IMG/VR virus record: IMGVR_UViG_3300028706_000004
Length of the DNA: 51,259 nt
Reading direction: 5' to 3' (one strand)
Source: a virus
This document shows, one piece after another, positions 45,757 through 51,259 of this stretch. Positions within the stretch are counted from its first letter, which is position 1, and every line of letters begins with the position of its first letter. The notes under the pieces are model-generated. The model was not told the origin of the DNA. It saw nothing but the letters and a program-made list of their open reading frames with translations, and ran no database searches. The position numbers were made by a program, and so were the translations under genes.

Positions 45757-47248
45757 CAAAATGCCAGTCGGCACGCTTGTCTGAGTATATTTTGTGGGCG
45801 CGATCAAGGACCACCCTATGCGCCACTTCAAGAGGATTTTCACTAGAGCTTTTGACCTCTTCCAGCATGCTTCTTGCTGGTTGGGTAGATCCGTATGCTT
45901 CGACCCCAACCCTAGCCCCCTCCTTGCTGATCAGACCCTGACCTTGAGCTACATGCCAAAAGTGGGGTATCTGGAAAAGCTCGTAGCCAGTCATGGGTAA
46001 GTCGTGAGCCTCAGGGCCTCTGTGGCTAAACATTTCTATTAAGAAATTGAGTAGCTCGGGCCTTGGCGAATGCTGTTGGTCAATCCACATTGGTGAATCC
46101 TGACGATCTGAAACATAATGCATAGCCACCATCGTTAGAAGATTATCAAACATCGAATCAAAAACCTTGCTGTACCCCTGTTGTGGGGCTGTCGAGTTCG
46201 ACCTGTAGGTGGGCAAGTATGAACAAATCAATCTAGATTGCTCGATAGTCGCAGCTATTGAAGTTGCTTCTAGTGGTTCAATAAAGTTGGACGCCAACCC
46301 TACCGCAACACAGTTGAATTGCCATGAATTTTCTACTTTAAATGGCTTGTACTTGATGATTCGAGCGTCGGTTACTGGCTCATTTATATACTCTTCAACT
46401 TCTTTAGCCGCTCGTTCTTCATCCGTATAGCGAGAAGAGAATACATACCCATGACCCCTTCGTTCATAGGTGGGAATCTCCCAATGCCACCCAGCAGATA
46501 AGGCTTTAGCCTCAGTAAAAGGTTTGATCGTATGGTTTTCTTGCGTTTGAAACACCAAAACAGAGTCACAAGGGAGATATTCTTCATAAGAACTTTGCCA
46601 AATCTCACCCAACTCTTTCAGTATTACTTGGTTAAAACCGCTGGCATCAATAACGAAATCTGTTTCGATGTTTCCTGTAGAAGTAATAACGCTAGTAATG
46701 TCACCCGAGGAAGGGTCTCTTTCAATCCCGCTGACCATAGCGTCAACGAACTTGATACCCATGGTTTCTGCGTGACCAATTAAATATGTATTTAATTTGG
46801 CACTGTCAAAATGAAATTGATTAGTTTGATGCCACGGGTTAGGAGTGTCTGGGACTAGATTGTTTATTAATCCTGCATGGGTAAGTGAAGGGGTCAGCTG
46901 CCTGTCGGAAGAATGAATGTAATTATAAAGACCATTAAATGTACCTGTGTTGGTATATAAAATACGACCAGAAATACTATGAAAATAGTCTGGCGTATGG
47001 TTGGTCCAATCTAAAAATCTAATTCCATATTTGAAGGTAGCCATAGAGTCTCTAATTAAATGAGGTCTATCTATCCCAACACGATCCTCATATGCCGCCC
47101 ATTGTTCCGTGCTGCCTTCGCCCACACCAATAGGCTCGATCTCTTTCGAAGAAACTACCGTGACCTCGAAGTCCGCGAAAGTCGCCTTTATGGTTGTTGC
47201 CGCAATCAGCCCTGCTTGACCAGAGCCCACTATAAGAATGTGTTTCAT
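45716..47248 (-). CDS. flavin-dependent halogenase (tryptophan halogenase family)
   Basis: GSGQAG, IGVGEGS, ATFKYGIRF (catalytic Lys), WHWEIP, FIEPLEATSI. Confidence 0.9.
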   Translation of the reverse strand: MKHILIVGSGQAGLIAATTIKATFADFEVTVVSSKEIEPIGVGEGSTEQWAAYEDRVGIDRPHLIRDSMATFKYGIRFLDWTNHTPDYFHSISGRILYTNTGTFNGLYNYIHSSDRQLTPSLTHAGLINNLVPDTPNPWHQTNQFHFDSAKLNTYLIGHAETMGIKFVDAMVSGIERDPSSGDITSVITSTGNIETDFVIDASGFNQVILKELGEIWQSSYEEYLPCDSVLVFQTQENHTIKPFTEAKALSAGWHWEIPTYERRGHGYVFSSRYTDEERAAKEVEEYINEPVTDARIIKYKPFKVENSWQFNCVAVGLASNFIEPLEATSIAATIEQSRLICSYLPTYRSNSTAPQQGYSKVFDSMFDNLLTMVAMHYVSDRQDSPMWIDQQHSPRPELLNFLIEMFSHRGPEAHDLPMTGYELFQIPHFWHVAQGQGLISKEGARVGVEAYGSTQPARSMLEEVKSSSENPLEVAHRVVLDRAHKIYSDKRADWHFDDFGGQLIPRLEQ

Positions 47249-47815
47249 TTATACAGGCCACATGTATTTGAAGTATAGAAACGCTTCATCATTTACTGAT
47301 CTAGCTCTTAAATCAAATGGAAACAGACACGGCAAAATAAGCACATCTCCAGCAAACATGTCATATTCAATATCGTGTGCTTCTAAACGAATCGTAACAT
47401 CGGAAAGAGCAAACATCGCTGCCGTCGTATAAGAATTGGTAGGTGGATCGAGGGTCCCAGAAAATTGGTTGCCATTTTTCTCTATCCATATGAACTGAGG
47501 GCCACTATCTCTTAAGTAAAAAGTTTCGTGATACAGAGAGTAACTATTCAAGCAGTTTTCTACTATTTCGTTCATTTCATAGAAAGCTTCTTTCATTTCC
47601 AGTAAACGGTCAGCAACCGCAGTCAACACCGGACTCAAAGGGGTGTAGTGACTATTGCAATGCTCCAAATCGTTGCTGAATCCCCCAAAAGATGGGAGAT
47701 ACGACCATGTTCGTGCAGTCTCTTCTTTGTAGCCTTCTATAACGGCTTTAGCATCATGGCCGCAGTGAAATATTTCTACAGTAGGAATGATTGTTGTGAC
47801 ATCTTTTATCGTCAT
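47249..47815 (-). CDS. 2OG-Fe(II)-oxygenase-like protein lacking iron ligands
   Basis: AGDVLILPCLFPF matches GNIVLFPSSYAYAH of its neighbour, but HxD and the distal His are absent. Confidence 0.5.
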   Translation of the reverse strand: MTIKDVTTIIPTVEIFHCGHDAKAVIEGYKEETARTWSYLPSFGGFSNDLEHCNSHYTPLSPVLTAVADRLLEMKEAFYEMNEIVENCLNSYSLYHETFYLRDSGPQFIWIEKNGNQFSGTLDPPTNSYTTAAMFALSDVTIRLEAHDIEYDMFAGDVLILPCLFPFDLRARSVNDEAFLYFKYMWPV

Positions 47816-48474
47816 GTAAAAAATGCCGCCATACTGTATTTGACTTCTCCGCTGTATCGTCCAGCTGGTTCAGAAGCATGAGCATAAGCATATGAAGAAG
47901 GAAAGAGAACGATGTTTCCTTCAATGCAATCAGTTGCGACATTTTGGAATGGGAAAAAAGTTCTACCACCATCCTTAACGGTATTTAAATAACAAACAAC
48001 CGACAACAGTCTGGGGTCATCAGTACCATGATCGGCGTGAACCTTATATTGTCCGCCATGCCCGTATTTATTGATAACCCAACCCGAATGATCTTGAAGT
48101 TTTAAATTATTCTTGATTCGATAATCCCAAACAGCCCGCTCAACATGGTATAAAACCGGGTACGCAGCCTTCTGTAGCTCCGTATAGGTTTCAATCTCAG
48201 CTTCGGGATCGAACACACTCAAATGGTCCGTCAATACTTGAGAACGAGAGTCCCTATACAGGCCGATTCGTTGATTGTCTCCACGACCAACCTTTGCGGC
48301 GTTCCAACGGGTTATGTCTCCGTCTTTTTCAATAGCATCAACTAACGCTTGACCGTCAAACGGATAATGGTAAACGTAGAGAAACGGAGCGATTTCGAGA
48401 TGAGGAAATGGATCATCCTCCAATGAGGTGCGAGCAAGGTGGGGATTTGGTATCCCCTTTGGAAATTTCACCAC
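47812..48474 (-). CDS. prolyl-4-hydroxylase-like 2OG-Fe(II) oxygenase
   Basis: HAD...VCYLN...GGRTFF...FPSSYAYAH...KYS. Confidence 0.9.
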   Translation of the reverse strand: MVKFPKGIPNPHLARTSLEDDPFPHLEIAPFLYVYHYPFDGQALVDAIEKDGDITRWNAAKVGRGDNQRIGLYRDSRSQVLTDHLSVFDPEAEIETYTELQKAAYPVLYHVERAVWDYRIKNNLKLQDHSGWVINKYGHGGQYKVHADHGTDDPRLLSVVCYLNTVKDGGRTFFPFQNVATDCIEGNIVLFPSSYAYAHASEPAGRYSGEVKYSMAAFFT

Positions 48475-48890
48475 GGATTCACCGTGATTTTCTCAGACGC
48501 TATATCTCCGTCTTTGTCATAAACTCTGACCTCATATTCTCCCGGACTGGGAAAACGAATCCTCCAACCCTTGTAATGAGGATCGCCCGACATTAGTGCT
48601 CCGACCTCCGTGGTTCCCTGAGGTCCGTCATAAGCCAGACATACATTGCCTACAAGCGTGAATTCGTCTACATAGTTACACGCAAGGGTTTGGTAAGGTC
48701 TAAGGAATGAGTCAGAGATCTTAAAATGCTGTTCAATTGGGATATTTAATATCTGAACTTTATCCCTGTCGAAGTCAAGCGCTTCCGTTGCTTGACTCTC
48801 TCCAGTTTGAACATGAATACCCCACGGTAGAGCCAACTCCATAGCTTCCTCGACCAGATCGTCGGAGGGGCAATAGCAGATCCGTTCCAT
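48468..48890 (-). CDS. hypothetical protein with Ig-like C-terminus
   Basis: FPSPGEYEVRVYD...EKITV. Confidence 0.55.
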   Translation of the reverse strand: MERICYCPSDDLVEEAMELALPWGIHVQTGESQATEALDFDRDKVQILNIPIEQHFKISDSFLRPYQTLACNYVDEFTLVGNVCLAYDGPQGTTEVGALMSGDPHYKGWRIRFPSPGEYEVRVYDKDGDIASEKITVNPW

Positions 48891-48893
48891 TGT

Positions 48894-49094
48894 TTATTCC
48901 TCTACGGAATCGTCAGTTACGAGCTCCACGTCTTCAATGGCTGCCGCTGGTGGACCGTCAGGAGCCGCTGCCACCTGTTGCTGTTGCATTTGCTTAATAG
49001 CTGTACGGAGTACCGCATTATCTATAGATAATCGCTTTACTTGGTCAGCCAAATCGTCAATGACACCTTGTGGAGAAACCGCATCGTTTTGCAT
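48894..49094 (-). CDS. small coiled-coil protein
   Basis: IDDLADQVKRLSIDNAVLRTAIKQMQ. Confidence 0.65.
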   Translation of the reverse strand: MQNDAVSPQGVIDDLADQVKRLSIDNAVLRTAIKQMQQQQVAAAPDGPPAAAIEDVELVTDDSVEE

Positions 49095-49344
49095 GCCTAG
49101 ACCTTACCATGAACGTGAGGTCTTCCCCGTCGGGAGTTAGGTTTAAAAAGCGGGTTGGGGATGACTCGATTTGTTCTGGAGTAAAGGTGTACCCGCCTCT
49201 ATTCACATAGTTGCCATCATCGTTAATTGTGTAATCGCTTGGCTCACATTCCCTGCGCAACGACATCCAATTATCTAAAACATCTGGATCTACGTTAAAA
49301 ACGTCCGGGAACTCGACAATCCCTCCGTGATGAACTACCTGCAT
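49057..49344 (-). pseudogene. probable truncated N-terminal part of a 2OG-Fe(II) oxygenase
   Basis: GGIVEFPDVF...YVNRGGYTF resembles an oxygenase N-terminus; no HxD; runs out of frame into the next gene near 49110. Confidence 0.45.
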
Positions 49345-49985
49345 ATTCTTTCTCCCCAGCCTTCGGGCATATAGTTAGCTTTAGCGGACTCTTCTTTAAA
49401 TTCTCTAGCTTGCACTCCCGAAGGTAAGACAATCGGGACAATAGAAGCTAACGGATCGTTGAGGAACAGGTCTGAGACAGACTCTGCATCATCGCCACTT
49501 AGCCACATGAAGCGTCTCAAATCGCCCATCTCGTGTGACAAGGGGTACCCGTAGATACCACACTCAACGTAGCTGTTGAGCAAGGTGGCGTTTTCTCGAA
49601 AGTCCTCCCAGTTGCTCGGGTGAACCCAATTGCAGTCAACATAAATACCTGAAAAATCAACTTCTATGGCTGCGTCCATCGTTGGGTATGACTCAGCTCT
49701 AGGATAAATGCCTTCTTCTGTGACCATTGTTTGCTTTTCTTGGTCCCACACGGCACTTTCTCCGATGATGACGCCGCCAAACTGGGAGACAGAAAACACA
49801 ACATCTGCTTCTTCGAATACTCGATCTGGGGTTTCAACCTCTCTTGTCCCCACTATGCGAGCTCGTTCTTGGGTTAATTCAGAACGATCCTTTGTGGCCG
49901 ACAACACATCATGACCGGCTCGAAGTAACGAATCGGCAATGGTGACTCCCATGGACCCTGTGTGGAGTATTCCTATTGTTGCCAT
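49335..49985 (-). CDS. NAD(P)-binding Rossmann protein (6PGD/beta-hydroxyacid dehydrogenase N-domain)
   Basis: IGILHTGSMGVTIADSL...ADVVFS...YVDCN...YVECGIYG. Confidence 0.75.
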   Translation of the reverse strand: MATIGILHTGSMGVTIADSLLRAGHDVLSATKDRSELTQERARIVGTREVETPDRVFEEADVVFSVSQFGGVIIGESAVWDQEKQTMVTEEGIYPRAESYPTMDAAIEVDFSGIYVDCNWVHPSNWEDFRENATLLNSYVECGIYGYPLSHEMGDLRRFMWLSGDDAESVSDLFLNDPLASIVPIVLPSGVQAREFKEESAKANYMPEGWGERICR

Positions 49986-50578
49986 AGGTCGCCACTCAGC
50001 ACGCCTTGGCGTGTTTCTCGTTGTATTGCGATGCCCGTGGGCTCATAGGGATATAGGTTACCAGCTATAGATACACGGTCTCTGTCAGGAAATTGCCTTG
50101 TTGTCATGTGTTGGTAATAGGCCCCAAAGATGACTAATAGGCCCGGGCGGAGTGGGATGCTTTCAAGAACTTCAAGACGATTGCAGTACATGATGTGAAT
50201 CACCATGTCAGCATCATCTTCTTGACAGAGGGGGTAATAGCAGAAGGAGAAGTGTTCCTCTGGATTCAGCCAAGTATTCGACCAGTGGGAATGGGCCATA
50301 ACGGACTGTCCGGGTCCTGTGTACACACCCCAGATGGCGTCTATGTAATACGGTCGACCCAATAGCTCGCAGGCAGCGCTTGTGATTTGCTGCCGCAAGT
50401 CCATAGTGATATTTCCGATTGGTAGATCAAGGTCCTCATGTGGCACATGCTTTTCAACAACAAGGTTATGGATAGCTTTAGCATCACGGCTATCCAACTC
50501 GCATGTCCAATAACCAATATCAACAATTGAATGTCGTTGAACATTCCGTATCGGCGGAGGTGGTTCTCTATCTTGCAT
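49973..50578 (-). CDS. TIGR02466-like 2OG-Fe(II) oxygenase
   Basis: IWGV...AHSH...SFCYYP...GLLVIFGAYYQH...RVSIAGN. Confidence 0.8.
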   Translation of the reverse strand: MQDREPPPPIRNVQRHSIVDIGYWTCELDSRDAKAIHNLVVEKHVPHEDLDLPIGNITMDLRQQITSAACELLGRPYYIDAIWGVYTGPGQSVMAHSHWSNTWLNPEEHFSFCYYPLCQEDDADMVIHIMYCNRLEVLESIPLRPGLLVIFGAYYQHMTTRQFPDRDRVSIAGNLYPYEPTGIAIQRETRQGVLSGDLWQQ

Positions 50579-50903
50579 CGGGGAGTTTGTAACCTTCTGG
50601 CATATAAATATTTGTTGTTATGTCTGCCGCTTCTGGGTGTTCAAGCGGGTCTATAACAGGCTCGTTAAACGCGCCATTTGGCGTTCCGTGGCAATACCAC
50701 CCTACATGCGAATACCTTGACCCTCCGGAAACCTCAGAAACAGAATGTGCCGCCATGTAATTTGCAGGGAATAAAACAATGTCGCCCTTGCTTGGCTTGT
50801 ATTCAATACCCAGATATTCCCATGACACCAGCCCCCCTGTGAAGTTGGTTCCGTCTAGCTCTGCTTCGGTCTCAACATGGTCGTTAAGGCATGCCAGTTG
50901 CCC
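50568..50903 (-). pseudogene. C-terminal half of a 2OG-Fe(II) oxygenase
   Basis: LNDHV...NFTGG...GDIVLFPANYMAAHSV...GSRYS present; in-frame TAG at 50904-50906; HxD motif missing. Confidence 0.6.
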
Positions 50904-50966
50904 CTAATGAAATCTTCCGAAGATTCGAAGACGTTCAACGGGTGTTGTTCTACCATCCACGAATGA

Positions 50967-51168
50967 TCAATATTTAGGATATTTCCTTGCGACGGTGGGC
51001 GCGACCTGATTGATGCCAACCCTGTTGTTCCCAGAGTCAACCTTCAAGACATCAGGAGCGAGAGAGACGCCATAGGCGATCCACTTCTCACTATCCCACT
51101 GCCACTGCTTGCCGCTTACAGTGTGGATGTCACCCGTTTGACGGGCTGTTTGGAAAGTCAATAGCCAT
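50967..51168 (-). pseudogene. frameshifted, truncated tail-fibre gene
   Basis: MAIDFPNSPSNG then a frame change to DIHTVSGKQWQWDSEKW...NNRVGINQVAPT; extra base in CCC 51133-51135; ends abruptly. Confidence 0.65.
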
Positions 51169-51259
51169 TATTCGATCTCCTCTTTACGATACTGCATCAA
51201 CTTGGCGTAGTAGGCCATACGATTAGCGATACACGGTCTGCCGTAGACGGTAAATCTCG
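51168..51259 (-). CDS. hypothetical protein, 5'-partial
   Basis: ...RFTVYGRPCIANRMAYYAKLMQYRKEEIE stop, overlapping the next ATG (TAATG). Confidence 0.5.
   Translation of the reverse strand, partial: RFTVYGRPCIANRMAYYAKLMQYRKEEIE

Noticed and set aside
45716-47248. prnA / pyrrolnitrin pathway
   Set aside because: No prnBCD-like genes; the substrate is unknown.
51130-51135. TGA read-through or alternative genetic code
   Set aside because: The protein continues in another frame, so this is a frameshift; TAA, TAG and TGA all end genes normally elsewhere.
1-51259. tRNA, rRNA, integrase, transposase, DGR or retron
   Set aside because: No cloverleaf/T-loop signature, recombinase motif or reverse-transcriptase motif was recognised by eye; tRNAscan/Infernal could still find divergent RNAs.

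Overview
This window is a segment of a large dsDNA bacteriophage. The host is most likely an actinobacterium, given a WhiB gene, an actinophage-type metallophosphoesterase, many leaderless TANNNT promoters and an M15-type endolysin with a PG-binding domain. Four zones are visible. (1) About 1-23 kb is an early/host-takeover region: many tiny ORFs (often Zn-ribbon), DUF932, a HARP-SNF2 helicase, a Fic protein, two KTSC-like paralogues and a MoxR AAA+/vWA pair. About 16 copies of one conserved promoter (GTTG..-17 bp-TANNNT, spacer element TATTACGG) drive it. (2) About 23-31 kb is replication/regulation: HA-HTH fusion, DUF1599/Nmad1, initiator-like and helicase-loader-like genes, two RHH proteins, a macrodomain, WhiB, the phosphoesterase and wHTH proteins. 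It contains a sharp AC/GT skew inversion near 26.8 kb. (3) About 31-40 kb holds a PKHD-type oxygenase, a TauD-type oxygenase, a Cys-rich peptide, the lysis cassette and a 1497-aa acidic lipoprotein with a Cys-His-Asp domain. (4) About 40-51 kb holds glycine-rich virion/fibre genes, one with two matched arrays of GGNVNP repeats around a His-rich segment. They are co-oriented with a dense tailoring-enzyme cluster: several 2OG-Fe(II) oxygenases, a flavin-dependent halogenase, a methyltransferase-like protein and a Rossmann reductase. This cluster is the best candidate for an undescribed phage protein-modification system. A strand-polarised 14-mer (ACGGTGGWGGAAAG) and an over-represented 7-mer (AGCCCCG) are also visible. 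No tRNA, rRNA, CRISPR array, integrase or reverse transcriptase was recognised. All family calls are motif recognition by eye, not database searches.
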